A stretch of DNA of 63,221 nt, filler included, from Choristocarpus tenellus KU-1152 (lineage: Eukaryota; Protista; Phaeophyceae): assembly GCA_964200185.2 (NCBI GenBank). It is 14 parts of 14 records of this genome, joined end to end, with 100 filler letters (N's around TTAATTAATTAA, not from the genome) between each part and the next. Parts side by side here need not be neighbours in the genome. Positions count along the whole stretch, not along the records: positions 37,363 to 40,314 come from CAXNAD020023414.1; positions 40,415 to 46,896 come from CAXNAD020008044.1; positions 46,997 to 49,839 come from CAXNAD020024262.1; positions 49,940 to 55,786 come from CAXNAD020009607.1; 10 more parts are not named here. One strand, 5' to 3'. Below the pieces are notes generated by a model. It worked only from the letters and a program-made list of their open reading frames with translations, ran no database searches and had not been told where the DNA came from. Made by a program: the position numbers and the translations under genes. This document shows, piece after piece, positions 40,116-53,600 of the stretch. The number at the start of each line of letters is the position of its first letter. Positions within the stretch are counted from its first letter, which is position 1.

Positions 40116-43100
40116 TTTTAACCCCACACAAGTTACCACTCCCCTCAACCCCGCAGCAGTTCCCACACCACTCAACACCACTCCACAATCATCCAAGAAC
40201 ACCCCTTCATGATCCACTTCAAACCGTGCCTTTGAGCTAGAAGACATCTACCCTGCCGCAACTTGACCTCCACCCCCTTACCCAGTGTTCCTGTCGGTCG
40301 TGAGCAAGCGACAGNNNNNNNNNNNNNNNNNNNNNNNNNNNNNNNNNNNNNNNNNNNNTTAATTAATTAANNNNNNNNNNNNNNNNNNNNNNNNNNNNNN
40401 NNNNNNNNNNNNNNTCCCCCCCGCGCCCCTCTCCCGATCACAAAAAAAAGCGTTGTTTGCCCAAAACGGCCGCCCCCCCACAACCCCCCCCCCCCCCCCC
40501 CAGATACTTTGACCCTCATCAACAGTCCAGTTGTTGCGCCCTCAAGTTTCCTGATCAGCACAGGGCTATAGGGAACTACTCCTTCGAGCAGAACCAATAC
40601 TCTACCTTTCCCAAAGGGTATCGAACAGGGCAAGTCTATACAAGTTTTGGGAGTCAGTTGTCCCTCATCATATCTATATTGTAAATTTGGATGTCACACT
40701 GGAGCGTGAGGAGTAATGAGACCGGAAGCGAGTCAGTCACAACCCTAGTTCCTTTGATTCTGGATTACACATTCCTCCGTAATCACGGGTCTGCGCTTGT
40801 TCGAATAATCTTTCTTAGCCTTCCTGAAGCAAGAGGGACTACTACTGCATTGTTGTGTGACAATTTTGACTGTTACGGTTCGTTGTTGTTTTATCTGTCG
40901 TGTGGTATGAGGTATTATCTCGTTCCGTGCGCTCTATCAATTTGCATATAAGGAGGAAGCTTATAATTTTTTGTTTTCTATTATCTGTGCAGGGTACTCG
41001 ATCGAGACACACCTTGGTCTGACTCTTTGACCTATCGTATAACTGAAAAGGGGTGCGAGGTGGGATATAGCCCGTCTTCACAGTTGAATCCATCCAAATC
41101 AAGGTAAGCGCAACAATCCTTACTGATAAGCCGATCTCATCGCGAGAAAGTTCTCGATTGATTCGATATGTTAGCTTTGTTTTCATGGTGCAACTTCTTT
41201 GTTTGTGTTGTAGTTTTGGGTATACACAAGATGATCTACTTTCTATCCCCATTCATTCACCGCCTTTCCAAGGTGAAACGCCGATCACAACTCCATTATT
41301 GTTAGTATTGTGATGTTTGAACTCCACCTATCGCACCACTCCACATTACATTGAACCAGGTTACAGCTTGCCCTGTGGCTATGTACGCCTCCAAGGCTAA
41401 GCGATCTGCCCCATTCTTCTCACAGGAATGCCTTCGATACAGAAGGGTCGCTCAAACCGTCATGTCGAAGCAATGCAAACCAATCTGCAGAGAACTGTGC
41501 TCGAAGCCTGTTTCGGAAAGCTCAGGCAACTGGAAGCGACTTCAAAGTGTCCCCACTGCAGCAGTTGCAGCTACTATGGTGCTCGGTCCGATGCTGGGAT
41601 GGGTTGGTTACTACGCCTCGATTTACGCCCTGAAAGAAAGAATATGCGAGCACCACTTGCAGCAGGTGGGTCGTGACCAATGGCGAGATAGACCGCCTTC
41701 AGGTCCTTGCTTTGTGGTGGGTTATTTAGGACGGTATTGACGACCGCGATATGCAGTAGGAGAGGTTACTTTTCAAGATAAAGCACAGAACAGTAATGTA
41801 ATTAACACCGCTACCATTGACGCTGCCCCTGGAGAGTCAACTGATGTTCACCTAGGCCACGTACCCTTACAACCCCTAATTGCAAGAACAAGTTGTGCAC
41901 GAATGTAGGTACAACCTACTATGAGTACTCCCATAGGAACTGTAACCTCCCCCGCCAATATATCAAAGTAGATAAAACCTCAGGAGAAAGCACAGGCAGT
42001 ATTTAAGACTATTGTACTAGGAAAAGAGTAGTCGCAACTCTGCGACCAACACCATACATGCACAACCACCAACACCCAACAATCTACAACAGAGGTGACC
42101 CCGGCAGCAAATATTATACCCGCCTGGGTTGACAACACAGGTCGATCACGCTCCCTACTCTGACGGAGACGATTTTACTGGAAGGACTGGCCGTCGAAAA
42201 GAGGGGGTTGGCCGGCGGGGGAGAGGGGGAAACACCACGGTAAAGGGTCGCATTACTCCCGGGTCACCTAATGATGCTCGGGAACTCCTCCATGCGTTGT
42301 CCATGCCAGCCAAGGGTGTTACAGTTCTCTGTGTTGACCCCCCATCAAGGTAGGATGATAAAGGAGCAATCCTGTTCTACAGTTACTTTATCCTGGGAGG
42401 GGATGAGGGGTGAGAATTTGTCCGTAAGGGGGTTGAAGGAGGTAGGTAGGTATTTTGAGGTCACTCGCTCAGTGAAAGCAAGGGGGTAGTAATCCTTAGT
42501 TCAATAAGGAGCAAAAGTCTTTGCTTTTTTGGTGTTCTGGTTCGTTTTTAATGTTATTATAAGTGTTTCAGTCTTCCCCCAATGCTGATCCTTTCCATCG
42601 TCTCATCCGCTTAACTGCCTCGACCCTATTACAGAAGGAACTGACAGGTAGGCACGAAAACACGGTTTCTAGACAGCTTTAATATAATTTTTTCTGATAG
42701 GAAATTTTTTCACTTGGCATGTGACTCTTCACTGCATCACTAGCGAAGCCCTCACAATCTATACAAAGTGGTGCATTGGAAAGATCGGGATCCGGGTGTT
42801 CCACAGGTGCACATCTCGCCTACAGAAGAGCCCTAGAGGTTGCGCAGTGGTGGTTAGAAGTTGATCCGTCTGTTTTAGGGTTGCCAAATCAAACATGCTA
42901 TATACCACCAACCTGATGGCATCCAATGAAGAACGAATTCCTCCATGTGATAGCTAGGAAACCTTGAAATCCAGAATGCGTTAGACCTTTCCTCTGCCTA
43001 TAGTTGTTGATGAGACACACGTGATTCCACACGTGTATGTCACAATTGAGGTCAGTTCTCGAGCTTTTGTGGCAGGGCGGATTGTGGTGAAACACAAGCC

Positions 43101-43949
43101 TCTCCGAACGATTTTCTCGACGTTGAGAGGTGCGTTGGAAGTATCGGGATCCTGGTGTACCACAAGGTATTCCTCTTACCTGCAGGGGAGCCCTACCGGT
43201 TGCACATTGGCACCTAGAAGTTAAGAGGACTGTTTGGGGATTGGCCAATCGGGTCGGGAGTAATCTTGCCCTGAAGGTGTCGAATGAAGCAACGGATTCT
43301 TCCCTGTGGTACTTGGGAACTGTTGGAGGGGGGTGGGGTGATATGGTCTCATGTGCACAAGATAGAAGTCGTTGTGAACATGGGTATCATGATTGGGGTT
43401 CTGGGGACTCTTTTGAAAGGCTGGGTGACAGGGAAGCGCAAGATTGGAAAGGAACATGTGCAAGGGGGTGATTGGGCGTAGGGGGAGGGGGACAAGAGGC
43501 AAGCCGTGTTTGCTTCCGACTTTGCTGTGATGAAGGGGGTTGAAACTGAAGTTGACTGAGGAGGTTGAAGAGGGCGAGCTTAGGGTTAGGAAGGAGGATC
43601 TCGTTGCTCCCCTTGTTACTGTGAACGGCATTCCTCCCTAGTGTTTGGCGTTGAGCAGGAGGAAAAAAAAAAGAAGATGAAGAACAGGAGGAGTAGGAGT
43701 AGGATTAGGAGTAGGAGGAGGAGGAGGAGGAGGAGGATGTGGGCGAAGAGGTGTGTTAAGAGAGGGCACCCTGCGTAGAAATTTGAAGACACAACTAGCT
43801 TGCATGAACACAAAAAACACTTCAATGTTTCAATTCTTCAGCGACCCAAGCACCAACGAGCAAGCCCCGGAAGGGCAGTCCCACACAGCAACATGCAGGG
43901 ATACGTTTCATTTGGTGTCTGCCACGAGCAGATTGCACCAAGTACCTCT

Positions 43950-43984
<35 letters not shown>

Positions 43985-46507
43985 GTGTCTTGTACCTCAA
44001 GATACTTTAAATTATTATTTTTATATTATTTTCACTGCTGTACCGAGAGCAAAATTCTCTGCTCTTTTTTTTTTTTTTTTCTGAGTCCCGCCGTCATTCC
44101 CATTGCCACCCCACCTATTCCTACTCGAGTGTCTTGGCATACGTGCACTCTCTGCCACCATGTTGTGTCTTGGCATACGTGCACCCTCTGCCACCATGTG
44201 CTTCCTCATGTGAAACCGTAAGATACTCTCTGCTTTTTTTGCAGTGATGTGAAATGTGCACTTCATTCCAACTAATCTCCGAACACCTGTAATGTCTCCG
44301 TTCCATGTGCTACCTATCGAAATCCGGCCTTCCGGTGCTACCACCACACTCCCCTAACCCTCACTTTTTCACCTCATATGTGGAGTACTGCTTGCATTTG
44401 TCTGATTTGAGCTTGATGTGCGAAATTGATGGCCATATGTCCACCTGTTAGTTCTCTCTGTGAGATTGGGGTGCGGGTAACTTATGGGGGGCGCATTTTC
44501 TTTGCATTTTCTTTGCCGCCTCTCTTTGATAGCTCCAGCAGGGGCAATCACGGAATGTGCCCTTGAATCACAGGGTACTATACGGAGTAGATAATTGCAT
44601 GTGTTCCTTCTCACTAATTATCGAGACATTGGGTTACTGAAATTGCTTTGTGGTCTATTGCTCATCCATCCATCCATCCGTCCATCCATCCATGTGGATT
44701 AATGGGAAATTTTCGTTCCTTTTCCCTGCCAATCATCAACTCGAAATTGCAGCCTCCCAACCTTGGGTGCTATTTGTAAAGAGATTGTGGAACCTGCAGG
44801 GACTTCTCGAACTGTAAAGAGGTTTTGTGCACGTTGGACTAGGAAGGGCATCCATCCTCAAGTTGTGAGGTGCTTTGCTGAGTAGTCAAACAGCGAGCAC
44901 ACTCGTACCCCTTTGGAGAGTCAATGCTAGGGTTAGGGTTAGGATTGGGATGAAATCTCTTGAGACTTCGCAGTGGTGGTTCGGCCACGTCACATACCAT
45001 AGTGATGGGGATCAGTTGAAGTAGGGTTTTGGTTCTGACCAAATGTTGATGACGTGTAGCTTTCAATGGGTTTTGTCTTGTGCAACATTGGTCTCCTTAT
45101 GGTACTGTGCCACGTGATGTACTTTCAACTGCTAGCACTGTGCCGTACGGCCCAAGCTCTACCGATCCGTTCAAAACATTTACCCGCTTTTTTTTTGTGT
45201 TTTGATGGGGTTTAGGGTCGAGGGGGTGCAGTAGAGCATGCCCCCTCTCGCCTCGTGTTCCAGCATCAAATTCGAAGAGTGCCGAGGGAGGAGTTTCCAG
45301 TAGAAAGCGAAATAGAATAATAATAATTAGTTTTTATTATTCTTATTTTTATTATTCTTTTGTTATTATTAAGGTGAAGTGAGCGGTTTGCTGCTGCGAT
45401 ATATATATATATATATATATTTAAAATATATGTATATACATGTTTTCCTTAGGACATGATCGCACACAGTGTGGAGAGGAACTCCCCCTACTTGGTGGTA
45501 AGGCTTGCTTACAAACAATCCTGCGAGTAGAGATCAGTTTCCCCTAACGCAGTGATCGGTCGCATAGAAGTCACGAACCTCTTACGGTGCTTACCGTAGT
45601 TTATTTTTATTTTTAATTTCATCGAGGTGTTCAAGAGCCTACGGAGGAGGCGTGACACGCACGGAGGGTCTGTCAGGGGTATGCCAAAATGCTTTATTTT
45701 TTTTGGCACTGAAGGTTTGTGGCTTCTGCACAGGAGCAAGAGCAAGGTTGATCCGCCGTGGTGTTCATGAATGATGCTAGTGACTGCTTGGAACGACGAT
45801 GTCATCGATCTTTTTTTCTTTTCTTTTTTCCTGTGCATGTGCGTGACGGGTGTATGGTCGGTTACCTTCCAAGTAGTATGATACCCGATCCTCCACTCCT
45901 TCCGACTCTAGCCTTGTGTGAGGTGCGATGTTTCAACGTTTATTCGGAGGCGTTTTGGTTAGGAGGTTTTGGGGGGTATTGCGGCCTGCCGACGAGGTTT
46001 TTGGAATCGAAGTTCGTCCCGATTGAGTCCCGATATTGGTGACGCGGTCGAGGCGTGTTCTGTTCTGCGTGTTGCAGGGTGTTGTAATGTGTGTAGAGGC
46101 GTTTGTTCTTTGCTCGTAGAGTGTTCGGTCACAGTGCCGCGTTTGATGCGTGCATCACTTGTTTGGTCGTGCTGAGAATCCCTCTCCCCCCCCCTCCCCC
46201 CCCCCCACTGATAAATAGGGGGGCAAGGTTTTTTGAAAAGGACATATTTAATGTATTAGACCCACAGAGTTGTAGGCTGTATGTAGGTAGTGGACTGGTG
46301 TGATAAGCTGCATAGATGTTTTTGGGCTAATCAAAAAGCCTGTACATACATAGTAGACCAATAGAACAGGTGGGGTAGATAGTAAAGCAGTGGAGAAGTA
46401 CACAAACGTCTGACCAATAGAACAGCCTACATGCATGCAGCGGACCAATCAAATAGTTATTCGTGTCACGTCAACTAGAAGAAGAATATGTTCGCTCTTC
46501 GGTCTCC

Positions 46508-46542
<35 letters not shown>

Positions 46543-46996
46543 TTTCTCTCTTACCAAACTACCTTCCTTTTGTTGGGTTGTTGGTTTCTNNNNNNNNNNA
46601 AAATTCTTTCCTCTCCGGTCCCCCCCCCCCCCCCCCCCCCCAGTCTCAAAGCCATCGCTTCATTGCACTTAAAATGCACTTGCTTGTGTGTGTGTGTGTC
46701 CTGCCAGCCGTAATGGTGCAGAGTTTCTTTCGGAGGCGTTGAAGGGAAGGGCAGCAACTGTGTTCATCGATGTGGCAAGCGGGTTTTGTAGAGGCTCCAG
46801 CGGTAGCAGTGGAGCGTGTCAGGGGCAGGGGGGATGTCAGGGGCGGCGGGGGGGGGGGGCAGCGTATTCTGCTGTGACAGTGATGCAAGAGCTCTTNNNN
46901 NNNNNNNNNNNNNNNNNNNNNNNNNNNNNNNNNNNNNNNNTTAATTAATTAANNNNNNNNNNNNNNNNNNNNNNNNNNNNNNNNNNNNNNNNNNNN

Positions 46997-47910
46997 GGCC
47001 TGCTGCAACTGTCAACTACTAAGATATTCTACACCCGGGTTTTCGCTTAGGCGTTTCCTGAGTGCAATGGCACGCAGTCGCACTGCTTTCCTCCCCAATC
47101 TTCCCTTCGGCCAGCCACTCTGGCTCTGCCTTCGCCCGCCGTGACCAGGCTTCCTCACAGACTTCGTCACTGTACCACCTGGTGATAGACTCGCTGTTCT
47201 CTTCCTGCTTTCCCGAGGCAGCAGAGGCTGCAGAGCCGTGCTCCAACGTGGTTGAAGATCCAACTACGGTTATGTGGTAATGCTTTCCATGCATCTTCTC
47301 TCAGTGTCAGTGTCGCGGCCGCGTGGTCCATTGCGCGATTTGATCATGCTGTTGCACCACAGTACACACACTTTCTCGTCACCTAACATCACACCGAATG
47401 TCACATGGTACTTGCTTTTTGTCGCCTCTTGACAGAGAAGGTGCTGAGGGTATATCCAGGGGGCAGAGTGGCCTTGGCGGCTCTCTTTATCTCAGCATCG
47501 TGGTTCTTGTTGCTGTGTGGGTCACGTGTGTGTGCTCTCAAAAAGTCTACAAATGGTGCTAAGACGATGTCCACAAATCTTGCTCTTTTTCTTTGGTATT
47601 GCCACAAGCACCTTATTAGAGCAGGGGTCTAACCCGGATTAGGGTTTTGCGGAAAATTCAGCCAATCACTTCATTTTTGTACCTTTTAAGGTTGTGACCA
47701 TCAAAATTGCACCAGAGATGTTCCTCTGCATTTTTCAATTATTTGATCGGGGCATTGTTCCTGTTCATCGACGTTTGTACATTCGCGTGTTCTAACCTTC
47801 GAATGCTCTTGTCATAAGCACTCATTTGATATACATACTGTTGTATACTACTTGTGGCAATACACTTAAAAAATGCAAGATTGATCCAGAGGGGTAAGCT
47901 ATTGGTACCA
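46997..47910 (-). mobile_element. Family C TIR element, copy 3 (left end lost at the contig edge)
   Basis: Homologous to 21740-22660; ends CCAGAGGGGTAAGCTATTGGTACCA. Confidence 0.7.
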
Positions 47911-48873
47911 TTTCAATTTGTTATTTTTTCCTTGACTTTACACATGGCTTTTTGAGAAACCTCTGTAAGTCAAGTAGCACTTGTAAAAAAATTGCGAGCT
48001 TGCTCGATGTAAGAGAGAATTGGCTGGAAAACGCAGAAACCTCTCTTATAGTCTGAAAAGTTGTCACAAGGTAATTTACCCTCTCTTATATTCCCTTTTC
48101 TTTTATATCGACCTCTCTTACATAGGTACACCCACTGTATTCAAATGGTAAATTTTGTTTGGCTCACGAATTCTGGATTATTATTTATTTCATTCTATGT
48201 TTGCATTTCACCCATTCCCCTCCTCCCCATTGTACCATCCCTTGTGACTAACCAGTGTGAACCCCTTCGTCACTGATTTCCAGTCACCTCCTCCCTCTAC
48301 GATGACCAACCAATGCGAACCCCTTTCGCAATTGATTTCCAGCCACCGCTCACCTCTGATGACCGACCAACCCCCTTCGACACTGATTTCTAGTCACCCC
48401 CCACATCTGATGACCAACCAGTGCGACCCCTCCATTACTGATTTCCACCCACCCCCCCCTTTGCAATGAACTAACCAGTGCGAATGTCATTAAGTCTCTC
48501 TATGACACGCACAGCATAACCAGCCTCTGATTACTCCGCCATCAGCATGTCATCCACATGAACAATCATGATAATCACAGCCTCACCATCCACAATCATT
48601 CTGAACAGACATGGATCTGCCTCAGATTGTTCCAATCCCAACTCCCAACAAAGCTTCCACCAGCAGAAAATTCCAGTTTCGAGAAGCCTGGACTATCCCA
48701 TAGAGGAACTTTTCAGTAATCCCACAGCTCCATCAAACTTTAGCTTTCCTTCGGGAAGTTCGACACATATAGTTTCTTCCAAGTCAGCCTGTGTGAAAGC
48801 CTTCTTCCCACCACTGCAAATAAACGTATAATTCATCTTCCCTGCTAGTGCAAGTAATATGCGAAGAGAAGTA

Positions 48874-49791
48874 TGTTAGAGCACTAGTGAACCCCTGCAT
48901 CTACCGAGCAGGAAGGCAGCTGACTAACTCCTCGGTAGACACAGGGGTTTACTAGTGTTCTAATAAAAGCTAATCCAGGGGATCGCAAGCTGTTAGACTT
49001 TATGAATTTTCGCTCGAGGGTTGCTATCCCTCTAATCTGTGACCAACTTCGGCAGGGCACTTACTAATGTGAGGTTGTGTGTCCTGGCGACGTGTTTAGC
49101 CTTTTGACGGATGCGTAACCATGTAAGCATGCCGCGATTCGATCCCATAACAGTAGCGTTTGTTAGAACACTAGTAAACCCCAGGGTCTACCGAGCAGAA
49201 AGTCAGCTGACTCGTTGCACCTAAGGCCCATAAAGTTCTGGTCCAGCGCCCACTACACCCTACCACCACCACGTCACCCACCACCACCCACGAAGAAGAC
49301 AATGACCAGCTATTCGGCATACTCCTGGCTATCTGCCGTGGATCTGCCAAACACCTTCTCCATGGACTGCAACAGCGAGATGATACTCAACTCAATGATG
49401 GCCTGTCAGCATGGCACACCCTCGAAGTACAAAGCAGTCACGAAGCAATGGATGCGTGCTGTTCACCGTCGTTTCGAGCACTACACCATGGATGCCGGCA
49501 AGGACCCTGATCAGTGGCTTCTGCACGTATACAAGGCCAAAGCTAAGCTGGAGGGGTTTGGAGAAACGATCGGCGATTTTCGCCTGCGGGCTGCAATAAT
49601 CTCTGGCCTTACGCCGGATTACTGTGCACTTTGCAGCCAAGTTCGCTTTCAGTCACGACTTTCTGCTCGGTAGACACAGGGATTTACTAGTGTTCTAACA
49701 AACACTACTCTCGTGGGATCGAATCTCGACATGGTTACACATCTGTCAAAAGTCTAAACACGCCGCCAGGATACACAACCTGACATTAGTA
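48874..49791. mobile_element. Palindromic TG...CA element, copy 2: U-X-U[copia gag cargo 49214-49650]-X', cut by a MITE at the contig end
   Basis: Same U and X modules as 20143-20634; cargo is homologous to the gag at 16831-16385. Confidence 0.75.
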
Positions 49792-50499
49792 GAGTGAAAC
49801 TATCTTAGAGGGTACGAATTTTTCCCTGTTTGTCCATTTNNNNNNNNNNNNNNNNNNNNNNNNNNNNNNNNNNNNNNNNNNNNTTAATTAATTAANNNNN
49901 NNNNNNNNNNNNNNNNNNNNNNNNNNNNNNNNNNNNNNNGCATTACCGGCTATTTTTTTTCTTCTGGGCTCCATCCACCAGAAATTGTGAATGGTAAGTT
50001 GATACGGGGGGTGGGGGTGAGGGGGGGATTGTAGGGACTCAAGAGAAAATTCAAATACTGAGACGAGTGCTCAACGACTAGCGGAGACTGGTGAAATGAT
50101 GGTGTGTGGATTATTCTGGGTAGGTCCTTGGGCTGTGGTTTTTGTGAGGATATTGAGGTCCTGTTTGCTTGACCAAGTCAACGGTCTTGCGAGATGGTTT
50201 TTGTGATGATACTAGGTGCCACAGTGAGAAAGAGTAAAGTGAAACTATGAGCATCTCAGCATCTTGACGAACAATTAAGTAAGTGCTGCTGCAATCAAGG
50301 AGATGAGGATTCTGCGCCCGAATCAATAGATGGAATAATCAATAGATGGTGAATTATTCCGATGGAATACTCTATGGGCGCATCAATGGGATCATCAATC
50401 GATTTGTTAATGGGTTAGGGTTAGGGATGTCCACCCTTTGCGCATTCGATCAGCCTAGACCTTAACCAGTGTGTGTTGGCGTGAATGTGTGTATTGCAG

Positions 50500-50656
50500 A
50501 GCAGCCCAAGAGACTGAAGAGGTGACCAGGCTGTGGGAAGAGAGGGTGAGGGTGCTGAGGGGGCAGCTAATGGCGGAGCGGGAGGGCCGAGAGGATGATG
50601 TCCAGACCATGAATGAGGAGAAGTTTGCACTGGAAGCAGAGCTAGCTCGCCTCCAG
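50500..50656 (+). CDS. Exon of an unknown coiled-coil protein
   Basis: TTGCAG acceptor and CAG|GTAGGT donor around AAQETEEVTRLWEERVRVLRGQLMAEREGREDDVQTMNEEKFALEAELARLQ. Confidence 0.55.
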
Positions 50657-53600
50657 GTAGGTAGTTAGGTAGATTTTCCAAGCCTTTTCAAAGAGAGTAT
50701 TTCGGGATTTTCATTGGTGTAGAAGTTTGTGTTTGAAGCACCTAATTCGGCTATTGTTTCAGGTAGTGAGGTATTGAAGTGCTTTCAACAGGTGAAATGT
50801 ACCCAAGGTAAGATTCACTACTGGTGAGTGTTGTATGGTTCTACTGGACCTCACTTATTATTAGCTTTAGCTGTTGAGAAACAAGGCCAGCTGAAAAGAT
50901 GAAGTCCCTCAGCATCTCTACGTGGTTGGAATATATTGGAGCTGGGGGAAAGGTCTGCAGGTGAACCTGTATGTGATCATATTCTTGCTGTGTGCATGGG
51001 GTGACTCCAAGAAGTTGGCCGGAATGATCCAAAGAAGGGATGGACTTCATGAACTAATTCATGATGCTCAGTTTGATACTTTCTCAGTTGGTGTTGAGGC
51101 TTGTTGATAGTACTGTTGTTGCATTTGATAAGCTGCGATCAGGAAGCATTTGATCAGAAAGCTGTTGTGTTGGAGTTGTGTCAAGAGGTTTGAGATAGAC
51201 TATTGTTGCATTGAGTCCTTTGGTGCATGATTGTGTTTGAATCCTATTCATTTTTTTCTCATCGTGTCCTGATAGGTTCTGTTGTTATATGCTAGTTCTC
51301 TGTTGAGAAATTGTGTAGTTGCATTTTCTATGGCAGGCTTCTATCTGCAAAAAAAATAATATTTATAGTGGGTTATTTATATGTTCACTGAAAACGTTAC
51401 ATGGGTAGCAAGGGGTTGAGTATGTTTACACACACACACACACACACACATCTCTTGACCTCCCTGGCAACTAGGCTCGATACGTCAGGCTTCGCAGAGC
51501 CACCCAGTCTATCAAGAAGCCCAGAGGTAGCAAAGATAGGCCAAGAAAAGTGACTGGGAAGCGTCAACTAGGTCTCAAGGTCTTCAACTCAACAAAACTT
51601 GATACAAGATCAAGAGACAACAAATCCCCCGCAGCTGGAAGAGCCAACAGAGTCAGTACTAAGCCCGGTGCTTCCGCCTCCTCCTTAAAGGAAACAAAAG
51701 AAGATTTTAGAGGTCCAATTGAAGGCGGAAATGATTTGAAAATTCCATTAACTGCTGAGATTCCTAATTGTGCAGAGTCAGCTGGCGTGGCAACAAAGAT
51801 AGATGCTGTGCATGAGTGGAATAAGGTGGTTGAGAGGATGGAATGGTGGGAATGAGAGATGGGACCATTCTGCGAACTGCTTGCTTGTGCATAGACGGAC
51901 TTAGCTCTCTGCTCAGAGGAAGGCCGTGAGGTCTGGTCTTCTTATGTCTCCTCACACATGCTGATGCGTACAATTTTTTAATAAATGGAGGGGGGGGGGG
52001 AAATAGCATCCCTGATTTGTAGAAGCTGGTGCTATATCTGAGGTCAGCTTCTTTAGTGTTGAAGTAACAAGTATGGTCATTGTTTTCAAGATAACATATT
52101 TTGGATAACATCTAACACCTCCATCTTGCAGACTTACATGTACTTAACTTCCTTTGCAAGACCGACCAAAATATTGTAGAGGGCTATTTACAAGTATTGG
52201 GTTAGGGTTAGGGTTGGGAGAAACGCTGGTGGTGTATGACTATGGACGGTAGCAAATCGTCCTGTTGTGTTGGTTTAGCAGATTTGACGTCGTCCTGTTG
52301 TGGTTCATGTTTTTGAGGTGATGGAGTGTTTGTGAAGATAAGATTGTTGTCCATGTTCACGCCTGTTTTGTGTGTGCAATGGTTAGGATGAAAGGAAGTG
52401 AGATTTGGGTGACTGAACAATCCGCACGCTCGGTGTTCTTTGAGATGGCCTGTGTGTTGGGTGAACCTTGAAGTCAATGGGTGGGGCTCTTGAATGGGCA
52501 GCACAATATTTTGCGCCAATCTACAACCTCCGTCAGGCGACATACACAATAAGAAATATTGAGAATATTCCATTTTGATCTTTCAACTACTCCACTAGTT
52601 AATAGTGCATTATTTTTAGTCTTATTTTTAGTCTTTGTCAGTAAAAATGTTCCACATGGTGTTTATAATAAGATATATGTTTAAGATATGTTCGTGTCTG
52701 TCCCCATCTCTTCGTGCGGGATTTGGGATTTATGGATGAGAATCTTGTAACACTTCTGAATTCTCCGTTCAAATGTGAAAGGGAACTTAGTACCTGTACA
52801 ATATCATAGAAGTGTGTATGTTGAGTTGTTTGTCACTCAGCACTGGATGAGCAGTGAAATGCTTGTGCCCTGCCGTTCTCTGTGCTCTCCTCCTGAAAAC
52901 ATTAGCAAGGTGTCAGAGAGCCTTGTGTAGTGTATTTTTTGAGCAAGTGTATGATGTTTGGTACAGTTGACAGATAGAATGCCAATTACAAACACTTTGC
53001 CCAGCCACACTCTTCTTGAAGACAAAAACAGCTCCCTGGGATTCCTTCTGTTTGTGTCTTAGTTCTTTTGTCTCCTTGTTGTACTTGACCTCCCCCTTGA
53101 TGTGAGGTGTCTGAAAGGACACAATTACATTACCAGGTAATACACCATATTGGGGTGGATATCGCATTGTAAATTGCCCAGTGTCAGGAGGGAGAGACTT
53201 GAAAGTCCCTCTCTGCCTCAAAATTTATCCCGTCCATGTCATGCTGGTACAGTCTGGTAAACATGGCCATTAAAGGTATGTGAACAGATTGCAATACCTT
53301 ACTTGGTTCATCAGTGTTTGGAGTAAACTTCTCTGCGTCTAAGTAAACAAGGTCTTCATACTCTATCATCCCCCACCCGTCCATCCAGCATATTCATGGT
53401 GAGCTTCGGTCTTGGCCAGGGTAACTGAATGCTAGACGTTTTAGAAATGGCATAGTGAACATCCTCTCCATGATTCTCATTCCCATGTCATTTTCTACAG
53501 TGCCACTGAGAATGTACCTGCCTTGATTTGGGAACTATTTTTAGGTCACAGAGGAACATCATCAGATACTCCGTCGGAATATGGTGTGGCCACAGAACCC

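Noticed and set aside
46500-46645. Polyproline ORFs
   Set aside because: Derived from poly-C tracts next to assembly gaps.
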